Shown: positions 31,326 through 40,695 of the stretch, one piece after another | Layout of the letters: every line of letters begins with the position of its first letter | How positions within the stretch are numbered: position 1 is the first letter of the stretch | NCBI GenBank assembly: GCA_043819795.1 | Contig: JBDREN010000071.1 | Coordinates: 1-64,000 of the forward strand | Length of the DNA stretch: 64,000 nt | Reading direction: 5' to 3' | Origin: Elusimicrobiota bacterium | GTDB lineage: Bacteria > Elusimicrobiota > Elusimicrobia > UBA1565 | Made by a program: the position numbers and the translations under genes | The notes under the pieces: generated by a model | The model's input: the letters and a program-made list of their open reading frames with translations, nothing else | What the model was told of the DNA's origin: nothing | The model's database searches: none

Positions 31326-34300
31326 CGGATCACCACCACCCGCGTCACCTTCCGGGCTCCGCCGCCGGTGATGACCGCCAGGTAGGTGCCCGAGGCCGCC
31401 TCGCGCCCCGATTGATTCCGGCCTTCCCAGTCGAGCAGCCCGGCGACGCTCGCCTGGCCCTGCCAGACGAGCTCGCCGAGGATCGTGAACAGCCGCACCT
31501 CGCCGTCGGCCGGGAGGTTCGAGAACCTCAACTGGGCGCCGCCGAACCGGGCGTCCCCCGTGCCGGGCATCCAGGGGATGGGGAATACCTGGACGGCGTC
31601 GAGGACGGAGCTCGCGGTGACGATGAAGGGCGCGAAAAGCGATAGATGGGTCGTGAGGGCTCGCAGGACGTGGTTCTGCGTGTCCACGGCCGTGGGAAGC
31701 AGGTTCCACCGGCCGTCGCGGAAGTTCGCGATGACGAGCCGCTTGGGGTCGGTTCCGGGGGGCAGCCAGGCCGGATCGTAGTCCATCCGGATCGTGATGG
31801 GCCGGGAGAAAAGGGGCTGGGCGCCGCCGGCCGAGATGTCCGCTCCCACGCCGGGCCCCAAGGGGGTGATGGTCGCCTGGTTGGACGCTATGGACTCGAA
31901 GGCCGCCGCGATCGAGGCGTTCACCGTGAGGACCGTGCCGGCCGGCAGGGCGTTCATAGGCACCTCGACGCCGATGAGCGTCAGTTCGGGGACGGGCGGC
32001 TCCACGCTGACGATCAGCGGCTCGGTGTTCGTCACCGTGTCGGTCGAGACGCTGATGCCCAAGGTTCTCGTGGATCCCAGGACCAGGAAGTTCGGGACCG
32101 CGTTCCAGTTGAGCGCCCCGACGCGTACGAAATACGTCGCGCCCGAGACGAGGCCGGAGACGACGAGCTGGGAGGCGGCGGCGTTGGATGTCGTGTCGGA
32201 CGCGCCGAGGACGGAGAAATCGGAGGCGGTCGAGGCCTCGACCCGGTAGCCTTCGCAGGTGGCCGACCGCGGCGCGCCCGCCAGCGCGGTCCACGTGACG
32301 GTGATCGAGGTGGCCATCGCGGCGAAGGGGTCCCCGGCCGGCGGGGAGGGCCGCTGCGCCAGAGTGGAGGTCGCCAAGGTGATCGAGGCGGACGGCAGGC
32401 CCGAGTGGTTGACCGCGACGATCCGCGCGTAGCAGGTCGTGTTAGCGTCGAGCGACGAGAGAGCCAGGGAGGTGGCCGCGGTGTCCGAGGAGGATACTCC
32501 GGCCGTGAAGGCGGAGTCCGACGAGACCTCCGCGAGGTAGCGCGTCCCGGCCGGATTCCCTCCGTCCGTCCAGTTGACCGTCATGGTCGTGACGAATACA
32601 TCCGTGAAGGAGGGGTCGGCGGCGGCGGGGATCGCGGCGAGGGTGGAGGTGGAGCCGAGCTGAGCGACGGGACCGTGCACGGGGTTGACGCGGAAATAAT
32701 AGGTCGTGTTGGAGGGAAGGGAGCCAAACGACGCGAAGAGGTTGCGCGTGCCGCTGCTGAGCACGGGCCCCGAGAAATCCGACGTGGGGGAAGCCTGGGC
32801 CAGGTATTCCAGGCCGGCCGGGTTCCCGTTCAAGGTCCAGTTAGCCCGGATCGCGCCGTCGGTGACGCCGGAGAAGGCCGCGGCGCCCGGCGCGGCCAGG
32901 CCGCTCAAGGTGAACGTGGAGCCGAGGAGCAGGTGGTTCGCCCCGCCGAGCTCGTTGAGCGTGCCCAGGCGCAGGTAGTAGGTCGTCAGCGCCGTCAGGC
33001 CGTCGAGGCGCAGGCTCGAGACTCCGGCCACCGTCGTGGCGCTCGAGACGAGCGCGCCGCTGAAGTCGGGGGCCGGGGAGGCCTCGAGCCGGTAGCCGAA
33101 GGCGGAGGCCGCGCGGGGCGCGGCCTCCAGGGGCGTGTAGGAGACCGTGATGCTGGAGCCGCCCACGTCCATCGCCGGGCCCGACAGTGGAAGCGACAGC
33201 GTCGAGGTCGAAGCCGAGGCGCCGGCCGGGCCTTCTCCGCAGGAGTTTTGGCCCTTAACGAGAAGATCGTAGACCGTGTTGGCCGCCAGTCCCGTGAAGG
33301 CGAACGGCGGCGAGGCCGCGCTCGCGATCGGGTTGGACGTGTCGGTGGCGTAGTAGACGTTGTAGGTCGTGGCGTTCGTGATGAGGGCCCAGGTCCAGCT
33401 GATGGAGGAGGCGCCCATCGTCGTCGGCGTGACGGCGGACGAGCCTCCGACCACGCTGCCGCAGCCGTGCACCCAGACCTTGCCGCTGCCGAAGGTGTTG
33501 TTCGGGACGGGGCCGTCCGCCAGGACCTTGGCGTCCGCGCGCGCGTCGGCCTTGAGCGCGTTCTCGACCTCTCCCGGGGTCTGGCTCGGGTCGTCCTGGA
33601 GGTTGAGGGCGATGAGCCCTGCGATGACCGGCGTGGCCATGGAGGTGCCGTTGATGAGGCGGTGGCGGCTGTCGAGCGCGATGTTTTGGGGGCTCTCCGA
33701 GTCGCCGGTGATGTCGGCCGAGAGGGCGGAGGCTACGCGATGGCCGGGGGCGGCCAGATCGGGCTTGACGCGGCCGTCCCGGGTGGGACCGCGGTTGCTG
33801 AAGACCGAGATGTCGCCCAGCTGTGCGTCGGAGCAGTCCGTGTCGAAGTAGTTGCCGTTGTTGTCGGCCCGCCACTCCCGTTTGCTGCAGTACGACCCGG
33901 CCGAGATGACGTTGTCCGCCACGGCGGGAGAGGCCACCGTGGAGGCGGGGTCCACGCGGGTGGAGAACTTCGCGTAATCGGTGTCGAAGATCCAGCCGTG
34001 CAGCTTTCCCGTGCCCCCGCTGGTGTCGCGGCGGAACTGGATATGGAATTCCGAGTAGCTGATGCTGGGCGTCTGGTAGATCGTAATCGAGATCTGTTTA
34101 TCGTTGCTGGGATGGGAGTTGGTCCCGTTCGAGATAGTGATCTCCGTGGCCCCAATGGTGCCCGTCACGTCGTAACCAGAGGGGCGGGTGACGTACTCGC
34201 CGCCCGCGGCGGTGGACACCCAGACCGTGTAGGTGTCGCCGGTATCGGCCCAGAACTCCACGTCGATCCAGTCGTACGTGCGGTAGACGTCCACGTAGAA

Positions 34301-35377
34301 CGTGGCGGTGCCGCCCGCGCCGATGACGGCGGAGCCGTGGGTGTCGAGGGCCTGCTCGTTGCCCATGGCCACGACGACGGGGGTGCTGGCGGCGACGGTA
34401 TTGAGCTGCTGCTCGAAGTTCCGCGTCCCGTCGTGAGGGCCGATCTGGGCGCTCATGCTCAGGTTCACGACCGCGCGTTTTCCCAGCGCCTTGGCCTTCT
34501 CGATGATGTAGTTCACCCCGTCCATGACTTTGTCGTCGAAGTAGGTGGTCTTCACCATGATGATGTCGGCGTCCGGAGCCATGCCGGTGAATGTCCCGGC
34601 CGGCAGGTCCCCGTCGGTCGCGCTCCCGTCGCCGGCCGCGATGCCGGCCACGTGGGTGCCGTGGCCGTCGGTGTCCTTCTGGCGCACGACGTTTGCCGGG
34701 GAGCCGTCGATCTCGTTGTTGATCTGCGCCTGGGTCCATTGGCTGCCGTAGGTAAAGGACCCTCCGGGAGCCGGGCCGCCCGTGTCGGTCTGGTCCCAGA
34801 TGTAGAGGATCCTGCTCTGGCCCGCGGCGTCGATGAAGTCGCCGTGCTTGAAGTCGATCCCGGTGTCTACGATGCCGATGACCACCCCCGAGCCCGTCCT
34901 GGAGCCGAAAGTCGGGTAGTCCGGGTCCACCACGCCGAGGTAGACACCTGAGCGGATGGTGGTGGAGCGGACCACGTCCAGGGAGGGCCGGTAGCGCACG
35001 GACGCCTCGGCGTACTCCAGGTCGGGGTCGGCCTCCAGCGCGTCGAGGTAGGAGAAGGGGACCTCCGCGGTCACGATGCGCCCGTTCATCGCCCCGAAGC
35101 GGGCCTTGGGATAGCGGGAAGCCAACTCCGAGCGGCTCAGGCCGGAGCGGACACGCAGGAAGACGTCCACCGTCTGCTCGGGCTTCTCGGCGTGCACGGC
35201 CGTGCGGAACCGGCTCTTGGCGCGCTCTGCCCCGGAGCGGGACCTGAGCGCCTGCAGGCGGGGGTCCAGCCTGCTTCCAGCGGCCCGGAGGCCTCCGGCC
35301 AGGAGGGGTACGATCAGCCCGGCCAGGAGGAGGAGCCGGCCGAGCTTTCGGATAGAGGTGCGAACAGCCATGCGCAT
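31322..35377 (-). CDS. Secreted S8 subtilase + ~5 Fn3-like repeats + ZU5-like domain + T9SS-like/FlgD-Ig C-terminal domain
   Basis: Triad IVDTG / GHGTHVAG / GTSMATP with a large insertion; C-terminus 'VFPIPW...FSNLP...LFTILGE...WEGRN...ASGTYLAVI...VVVIR'. Confidence 0.88.
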   Translation of the reverse strand: MRMAVRTSIRKLGRLLLLAGLIVPLLAGGLRAAGSRLDPRLQALRSRSGAERAKSRFRTAVHAEKPEQTVDVFLRVRSGLSRSELASRYPKARFGAMNGRIVTAEVPFSYLDALEADPDLEYAEASVRYRPSLDVVRSTTIRSGVYLGVVDPDYPTFGSRTGSGVVIGIVDTGIDFKHGDFIDAAGQSRILYIWDQTDTGGPAPGGSFTYGSQWTQAQINNEIDGSPANVVRQKDTDGHGTHVAGIAAGDGSATDGDLPAGTFTGMAPDADIIMVKTTYFDDKVMDGVNYIIEKAKALGKRAVVNLSMSAQIGPHDGTRNFEQQLNTVAASTPVVVAMGNEQALDTHGSAVIGAGGTATFYVDVYRTYDWIDVEFWADTGDTYTVWVSTAAGGEYVTRPSGYDVTGTIGATEITISNGTNSHPSNDKQISITIYQTPSISYSEFHIQFRRDTSGGTGKLHGWIFDTDYAKFSTRVDPASTVASPAVADNVISAGSYCSKREWRADNNGNYFDTDCSDAQLGDISVFSNRGPTRDGRVKPDLAAPGHRVASALSADITGDSESPQNIALDSRHRLINGTSMATPVIAGLIALNLQDDPSQTPGEVENALKADARADAKVLADGPVPNNTFGSGKVWVHGCGSVVGGSSAVTPTTMGASSISWTWALITNATTYNVYYATDTSNPIASAASPPFAFTGLAANTVYDLLVKGQNSCGEGPAGASASTSTLSLPLSGPAMDVGGSSITVSYTPLEAAPRAASAFGYRLEASPAPDFSGALVSSATTVAGVSSLRLDGLTALTTYYLRLGTLNELGGANHLLLGSTFTLSGLAAPGAAAFSGVTDGAIRANWTLNGNPAGLEYLAQASPTSDFSGPVLSSGTRNLFASFGSLPSNTTYYFRVNPVHGPVAQLGSTSTLAAIPAAADPSFTDVFVTTMTVNWTDGGNPAGTRYLAEVSSDSAFTAGVSSSDTAATSLALSSLDANTTCYARIVAVNHSGLPSASITLATSTLAQRPSPPAGDPFAAMATSITVTWTALAGAPRSATCEGYRVEASTASDFSVLGASDTTSNAAASQLVVSGLVSGATYFVRVGALNWNAVPNFLVLGSTRTLGISVSTDTVTNTEPLIVSVEPPVPELTLIGVEVPMNALPAGTVLTVNASIAAAFESIASNQATITPLGPGVGADISAGGAQPLFSRPITIRMDYDPAWLPPGTDPKRLVIANFRDGRWNLLPTAVDTQNHVLRALTTHLSLFAPFIVTASSVLDAVQVFPIPWMPGTGDARFGGAQLRFSNLPADGEVRLFTILGELVWQGQASVAGLLDWEGRNQSGREAASGTYLAVITGGGARKVTRVVVIR

Positions 35378-35852
35378 GATAGGTAACGTTTCCCGGCCGC
35401 GTCCGACATGACGCCAAACGAAATCAGCGAGCCGCTCCCGCCCCTTCCCGGACGTATGCGAGAGGCTTCTTTGCCCGGCGGGAGCCTCCGACTGCGGATT
35501 GCCGCCTCTGAAATTATAGAAAATCCCGGGATGCGGCGGGGTTTAGGCTTCGCTCGTCAGAGGCCGCCCATGGCTCTTGAGGCCTTGGGCCCAGGGCTCG
35601 CCTGGGACTATCGCCGGTGGGGCGGCCGGCCGGACCGGCACCGCGTCCCGGCGTCCCGGGTCTCTGAAGGCGGAACCGCCGCGGCCGGGAGGCCGCGGCG
35701 GTTCTTGCAGGACGGGTCAGCCGGCCGGAGCTACTTCTTCTTGTTGCCTCCGCCCGCGCCGGAGCCTCTATCGGCTTGCGCGCTAAAATATAGACAGAAA
35801 TTTTATGTCAGGGTTGACGAGCGACGTCGGATGGTCTGATGGACAGTTCGGG

Positions 35853-36425
35853 CTATTTGGGAGTGCGGGAGGCCTTCCCGGTCTTGCCCGCGGCGCGGGC
35901 CTTGCCGGTGATCATCACCTTGGAGATGATCAGCTTGGCCGAAGTGGAGGCCTTCCCGGAGAGCAGCGAGAGCATCTCGACCTGCATGGGGGGCGAGGCG
36001 ATCTGGACGCCGTAGAGGAACCGGGTCAGCCTCAGGACGGGAGCCCGGGTCTCCATCTCCACGGCGTAGACCTTGTGCGATTTCCCGTCCTCGACGGGCA
36101 GGGGGCGGAGGTCGGTGATGGTGAGGAAGCTCTTGCGGGCCAGGCCCTCGATCGCCTTGAGGAACTTGCCCATCTCCTCCTGGTCCGAGCCTCTTTGACG
36201 GGCGGGGAGGGCGAGGCGCTCGTGGGCCTTGCGGATGCGCGTCTCTTGGTTCAGCAGACGGCGCCCCTTCTGGAGGCGCGTCTCCATCGCCTCGATGCGG
36301 CCGTGGAGCGAGGTCCAGCGCTCGAAGGTCGGCTCCACCACCAGCTTGACGACCGGGGCCAGGACGACCAGGCCGATCGTCAAGGCGCATGTGATCCTTT
36401 CCCGGGATGAGAACCGCCTCTCCAT
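35853..36425 (-). CDS. GspM/PilO-like inner-membrane protein
   Basis: 'SSRER' + TM + coiled coil + 'LTRFLYGVQ'; last gene of the Gsp cluster. Confidence 0.72.
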   Translation of the reverse strand: MERRFSSRERITCALTIGLVVLAPVVKLVVEPTFERWTSLHGRIEAMETRLQKGRRLLNQETRIRKAHERLALPARQRGSDQEEMGKFLKAIEGLARKSFLTITDLRPLPVEDGKSHKVYAVEMETRAPVLRLTRFLYGVQIASPPMQVEMLSLLSGKASTSAKLIISKVMITGKARAAGKTGKASRTPK

Positions 36426-37816
36426 CAGTCCTGTCTCCTGGCCCGCCCCTGGATCTGGAACTCCACGACGTCCCGGCCGTCCCTCTTCAACACGTTCGAC
36501 GACTTCAATTCGACCCCCACGAAGGTGGGGGAGCGCTCCAGCAGGCCCACCAGTCCCACCGCGTCGGAGAGGGAGGGCGCGCTGCCCCTTATCGAGACGC
36601 GTCCGTCGGACTCGAAGTTGAGGCCCCCTAAGGTGATGTGCGCCGGCACGATCCGGTGCAGGCTCGCCAGGACGTCGAGGGCCGAGACCTGGCCCGCGGT
36701 CTCGCCTTCCACGATCTTCACCTGCGCCGCCATGCGCTTGAGCTCGCCGGCGCGGGGGCTGATCGCTGTCCACTCGCGCTGTAGCCGGGCGAGGCGCGCC
36801 TGAGCCCGATCCTGCTTGACGTACGCGATCCCTCCCCAGATCAGGGCGAGGATGGAGGCCAGGACGCCGAGCCTGACCCAGTCGTGCCGGCGCGCGGAGC
36901 CCGCGAGCAGCTGCTTCTCCCGGCGCGGCATCAGGTTGACCCGCTTGTCGGCGCACAGGGCCGTGCCGAGGGCCGCGTAGGGGCCGGGTCCCGGCGGCCA
37001 AGACAGGCCCTTCGCGCGGGCGAGCTTGGGGAAAGGATCGAAGCGGGTGCAGGCATACTGGCTCTCGAGCTTCTCCTGCAGCGGCTCCCAGCCGGGCGGG
37101 GGCGGCACCATGGCGACCGCGAACGGCTCGGCCAGCGGCCCCTGTTTCCGGTAGGCCTGCATCGAGAGCTCGATCTCCTCCAAGATCTTGCTCGCCCGGG
37201 CTTCGCCGTCCCGCGCGCCGAGCGAGGCGCTCCGGGTGAAGGTGAGCCGCCCTTTCTCCAGGAAGTTGAACCCGGCCCAGTTCGGGCCCGGCTCGAGGAA
37301 CAGGAGGGTGCCTTCGCGCTTGTCCAGCGTGGCCAGGCGGGCGAGCGCTTGCGAGCTCAGGACGACCTTCTTGGGGTAGAGCCCCGCCTCGTGCAGCAGG
37401 GCGAGCGGCTTCTCGATCTCGGGGTTCAGGACGACGATCATCATGACGCTGCTGTACCCGTTGGGCTCCACCCGGATGAGGTCGTAATCGATCAGGATCT
37501 CTTCGGGTTTGAAGGGCATCTTCCTGACGGCCTCGAGCGCCACCATCTCCGCGATCTCCGCCGGGTTGACCGAGGGGATGCTGAGATAGCTCACCCCGGC
37601 CAGGGACCGCGGCAGGCACATGACGATGTGCCGCAGGTCAAAGCCCTCCTTCTCCAGCAGGCGGCGGAGGGCCTTCGGGTCCTCGAACTCCGCAGTCACG
37701 GCTTTCTCCACCAGGGGCGCGCCCGCGGACTTGCGGACCTGGACCGCGTGCGCGGTCTTGCCCTCCAGCAGGAGGCCCGTGGTCCGGTGGTTGAAGAAGA
37801 AGTCAGCTGCTTTCAT
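36425..37816 (-). CDS. GspL-like (PilM-PilN fusion-type) protein
   Basis: Actin-like N-domain, 'VNLMP' motif, TM, PilN-like C-domain. Confidence 0.8.
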   Translation of the reverse strand: MKAADFFFNHRTTGLLLEGKTAHAVQVRKSAGAPLVEKAVTAEFEDPKALRRLLEKEGFDLRHIVMCLPRSLAGVSYLSIPSVNPAEIAEMVALEAVRKMPFKPEEILIDYDLIRVEPNGYSSVMMIVVLNPEIEKPLALLHEAGLYPKKVVLSSQALARLATLDKREGTLLFLEPGPNWAGFNFLEKGRLTFTRSASLGARDGEARASKILEEIELSMQAYRKQGPLAEPFAVAMVPPPPGWEPLQEKLESQYACTRFDPFPKLARAKGLSWPPGPGPYAALGTALCADKRVNLMPRREKQLLAGSARRHDWVRLGVLASILALIWGGIAYVKQDRAQARLARLQREWTAISPRAGELKRMAAQVKIVEGETAGQVSALDVLASLHRIVPAHITLGGLNFESDGRVSIRGSAPSLSDAVGLVGLLERSPTFVGVELKSSNVLKRDGRDVVEFQIQGRARRQD

Positions 37817-38750
37817 GCCAGTAGGCGATCTTTTCCTTCGCGTCCGTGGCGAACACGACGGTGTACCGGCGGGATACCCTGCCGCGGCGCGCCGTCAGAT
37901 CGGCGCGGAAATAAGTCGAGCGGACCGTGAGCTGCCCGGCGAGCTGGCTGAGGTTCTTGAGCTCCTCCGGCCCCAGGTCCATGGAGACGCTCAGGTCCTG
38001 CGAGATCGAAGGCACGCTCTTGAAGACTCCGTCGTCCTCGGTCGCCGCCTCCATGTCCTCCCCGCGCCTGAAGTCGAGTACCTTGATGAGGAGATCCTCC
38101 TCCATCCCGAGGGCTGTCAGCGTTTCAGGAGAGGCGGTGTTGACGTTGACCTTCCCGGAGCCGTGGACGCTCAGCCATGGCCGCGCCTTCGCGAAGCGCT
38201 CCGGGCTCACGCCCTTGACGAGGAGAAGCTCGTCGACGCTGAGAAAAGGGCCGTTGCGCGCCTCGTAGCCCTCGTATTCCTCCGTTCCCGCGGCCAAGGG
38301 CTCCTTGTCCGGGTCCCGCCAGTCCACGATCGCGGCCGCGAGGTCCGCGTCCAGCCCCGGAAGGCGGGCCAGAACCTCCGGCGAGGCGGTGTTCAGGTTG
38401 ATGCGGCTCTCCTCATCGGAGAGGCCGTTGAGGGCCTGGGTCTCGAAGCGTCCGGAGGCCGCGTCATGGCTCCAGGTGAGGGTCCCTCCCATCAGCTCGC
38501 GCCGCGCCATCAGCTCGGGATCGTGGCTCCACTTCTGGTTCAAAGCCGAGTGTCCGGACGACGCTCCCGCGGCCTCGCGCGAGAATACCAGCGCGGCCTT
38601 GGCCATCTGGACGAGCTGGATGGCCTCCTGCTGGTAGCGCGTCAGCCGGAGCTCGAGCGTCATCCGGTAGGCGAGCCCCAAGGCTAGCATGGACAGGAGG
38701 GCCAAGGTCCAGAGGCAGACGATCAGGGCCGCGCCGCGCTCCGTCCTCAT
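37803..38750 (-). CDS. gspK: Minor pseudopilin GspK
   Basis: 'RGAALIVCLW', 'DEESRINLNTA', 'IVDWRD', 'ELLLVKG' and 'VNVNTA'. Confidence 0.9.
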   Translation of the reverse strand: MRTERGAALIVCLWTLALLSMLALGLAYRMTLELRLTRYQQEAIQLVQMAKAALVFSREAAGASSGHSALNQKWSHDPELMARRELMGGTLTWSHDAASGRFETQALNGLSDEESRINLNTASPEVLARLPGLDADLAAAIVDWRDPDKEPLAAGTEEYEGYEARNGPFLSVDELLLVKGVSPERFAKARPWLSVHGSGKVNVNTASPETLTALGMEEDLLIKVLDFRRGEDMEAATEDDGVFKSVPSISQDLSVSMDLGPEELKNLSQLAGQLTVRSTYFRADLTARRGRVSRRYTVVFATDAKEKIAYWHESS

Positions 38751-39328
38751 GGCCATGCCCCCAGGGGGATCCACATCGTCCTCAGGAAGGCGTGGGCCCG
38801 GCCGTAGCGGTCCTGCAGGGTCAGCCGCACGCGGACGCCGCGCGGCAGCTTCGTTTCGGACTCCCATTCCTCCTTCCACAGGGTCGTCCTCTCGACCTCC
38901 GGGTCCGGATAGGGGTACTCGAAGACCATCCGGCCTGGGCGCGCGGTGAGGGGCTTGGGGGGCTTCTCCTCCTCTCCTTCCTTCTTCGCGTAGGTCCGGA
39001 GCTCGCGCAGGAGCCCGCCGGTCTCCTGGTCCACTCTGTAGACGACGCGGAATATCCCGGGGGCCTTCTCCATGTCGAGGACGGCGTCGAAGGAGAGGAG
39101 GTCCTGCTTTCCCTCCAGCGGTTTCTTCGGCAGCGAGATCATGTTGCGCAGCTCCAGCCCCATCTCCTCGAGGACGCGCCGCGCCTCGTGGTTCACCCGG
39201 CCCGCCTCCTCGCCCTTTCTCCAGGCGTCCACGCCGGCCCGGAGGCTGGCCGCGAGCGCGAGCCCCACGGCGGCGAAGATGCCGAGGGCCAGCAGGAACT
39301 CGATCAGGGTGTAGCCGCTTCTCCTCAT
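38747..39328 (-). CDS. gspJ: Minor pseudopilin GspJ-like
   Basis: 'GYTLIE' prepilin motif; C-terminal 'W...LPRGVRV'. Confidence 0.82.
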   Translation of the reverse strand: MRRSGYTLIEFLLALGIFAAVGLALAASLRAGVDAWRKGEEAGRVNHEARRVLEEMGLELRNMISLPKKPLEGKQDLLSFDAVLDMEKAPGIFRVVYRVDQETGGLLRELRTYAKKEGEEEKPPKPLTARPGRMVFEYPYPDPEVERTTLWKEEWESETKLPRGVRVRLTLQDRYGRAHAFLRTMWIPLGAWP

Positions 39329-39717
39329 TTCTCCGGCAGGCACGCCCGCAAGGCGAACGTCTCGCGGCCGCGGCCCTCCGACCAGTCCAGCTTCAGCTCC
39401 CACATGCGCCACGGCGTATTCTCGTCCTGGGGGTCCTTGGGCTCCTCCTTCGTGAGGTCCCAGCGCAAAGGGCGCTCCAAAACGGGGTTGAACGGCTCGA
39501 ACACGGGCTCGGCGGGGTCATCGTCGCCCGGCTTGGCCCACTGCTCGATCTCCCAGAGCCTGCCTTCCACGAGCAGGGCCGCCTGGAAGCGGGTCTCGCT
39601 CACGCGGGCCGCCTTCAAACAGGACGAGAAGACGCGGAATACGAGCACGATCCCGCCCGACAGGACGGTGAGGGCCACAAGGACCTCGACCAAGAAGAAG
39701 CCGCCGCTACCCTTCAT
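39325..39717 (-). CDS. Minor pseudopilin GspI-like
   Basis: 'GFFLVEVLVAL' motif; position between H and J. Confidence 0.75.
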   Translation of the reverse strand: MKGSGGFFLVEVLVALTVLSGGIVLVFRVFSSCLKAARVSETRFQAALLVEGRLWEIEQWAKPGDDDPAEPVFEPFNPVLERPLRWDLTKEEPKDPQDENTPWRMWELKLDWSEGRGRETFALRACLPEK

Positions 39718-40168
39718 CCCGCGCCACCCGTCCCGTCAGTCCATCCACCTCCAGAGTCAGGGTCTCCCCGTTGTCGTTGGAGAATACCAGCTCGGCGTCC
39801 GTGCCCGCCCCGTTCGGGGCGAAGGTGACTTGAGTCTGCTCCGCCTCCATATGCACTCCCCAGGGCAGCCGACGCAGTCCTCCCACCCGCCCGCGCACCA
39901 GCTGGAAAGCCCCCTCGTCGTCTTCGAAGGAGAGCCGGTAGGTCCCCTCTTCCGGGTCCAGGCTCACGCGGTAGCGCAGGCCCTCCATGATCGCCCGCTC
40001 GCGCGCGTAGTCCATCGTACGGGCGACGTTGTTCGCCCCGTCCTCCAGGGCCAGAGACCGGAAGGTACGCTGGAAAAGCGGTACGGAGGCGGCGGTCAGC
40101 ACGCCGAGGAGTAACGTGACCAGCATCAGCTCGATTAGAGTAAAGCCTGGTACGCGCGCCTTCCCCAC
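39707..40168 (-). CDS. Minor pseudopilin GspH/FimT-like
   Basis: 'GFTLIELML...YARERA...FAPNG'. Confidence 0.8.
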   Translation of the reverse strand: MGKARVPGFTLIELMLVTLLLGVLTAASVPLFQRTFRSLALEDGANNVARTMDYARERAIMEGLRYRVSLDPEEGTYRLSFEDDEGAFQLVRGRVGGLRRLPWGVHMEAEQTQVTFAPNGAGTDAELVFSNDNGETLTLEVDGLTGRVARDEG

Positions 40169-40624
40169 TCAAAAGACCTCCTCTTGCTCCGTCTCCGCCG
40201 TTTCCCAGTTCGCGATGTCGTCGCCTCCGCCCTCGGTCGCGTCCGGCCCGTAGGAGTAGAGGTCGTAGTCCGTGTTGCGCTCCCCGGGCGAGCGGTATTG
40301 GTACGGGTTGCCCCACGGGTCTTTCAGCGAGCCTTTCTTCAGGTACGGCCCGTTCCATTTGGTCGGGGTCGGGGGGGAGGAGGGCGCGGCCTTGAGCGCG
40401 TCCAGCCCCTGCTCCGAGGTCGGGTAGCGTCCGTTGTCCATCTCGTAGAGGTCCAGGGCGATCGCGAGATTGGCCTGGATGTCGGCCTCGGCCGTGGCGA
40501 CGCGCGCCTGCTCCGAGCGTCCGGCGAAGCGCGGCACGACCATCAAGGCCAGGGTGCTGATGATGATCACCACCAGAAGCAGCTCGATCAGAGTGAATCC
40601 GCGAGAATCTCGTCGTCGTCTCAT
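40169..40624 (-). CDS. gspG: Major pseudopilin GspG
   Basis: 'GFTLIELL...ALDLYEMDNGRYPT...WNGPYL...DPWGNPY...SYGPD...DDIANW'; GGAGG RBS. Confidence 0.94.
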   Translation of the reverse strand: MRRRRDSRGFTLIELLLVVIIISTLALMVVPRFAGRSEQARVATAEADIQANLAIALDLYEMDNGRYPTSEQGLDALKAAPSSPPTPTKWNGPYLKKGSLKDPWGNPYQYRSPGERNTDYDLYSYGPDATEGGGDDIANWETAETEQEEVF

Positions 40625-40695
40625 GCCGTCCTCCCTAATAGTCTCGCTCCAAAACCGTCTCAGCCAAAGTGTCTCAGTCATTGTTTCACAACCCC

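Noticed and set aside
31646..34951. 1101-aa plus-strand ORF
   Set aside because: Antisense shadow of the S8 gene.
35731..35775. Possible gene remnant ending GSGAGGGNKKK* on the minus strand
   Set aside because: Too short and low-complexity to support.
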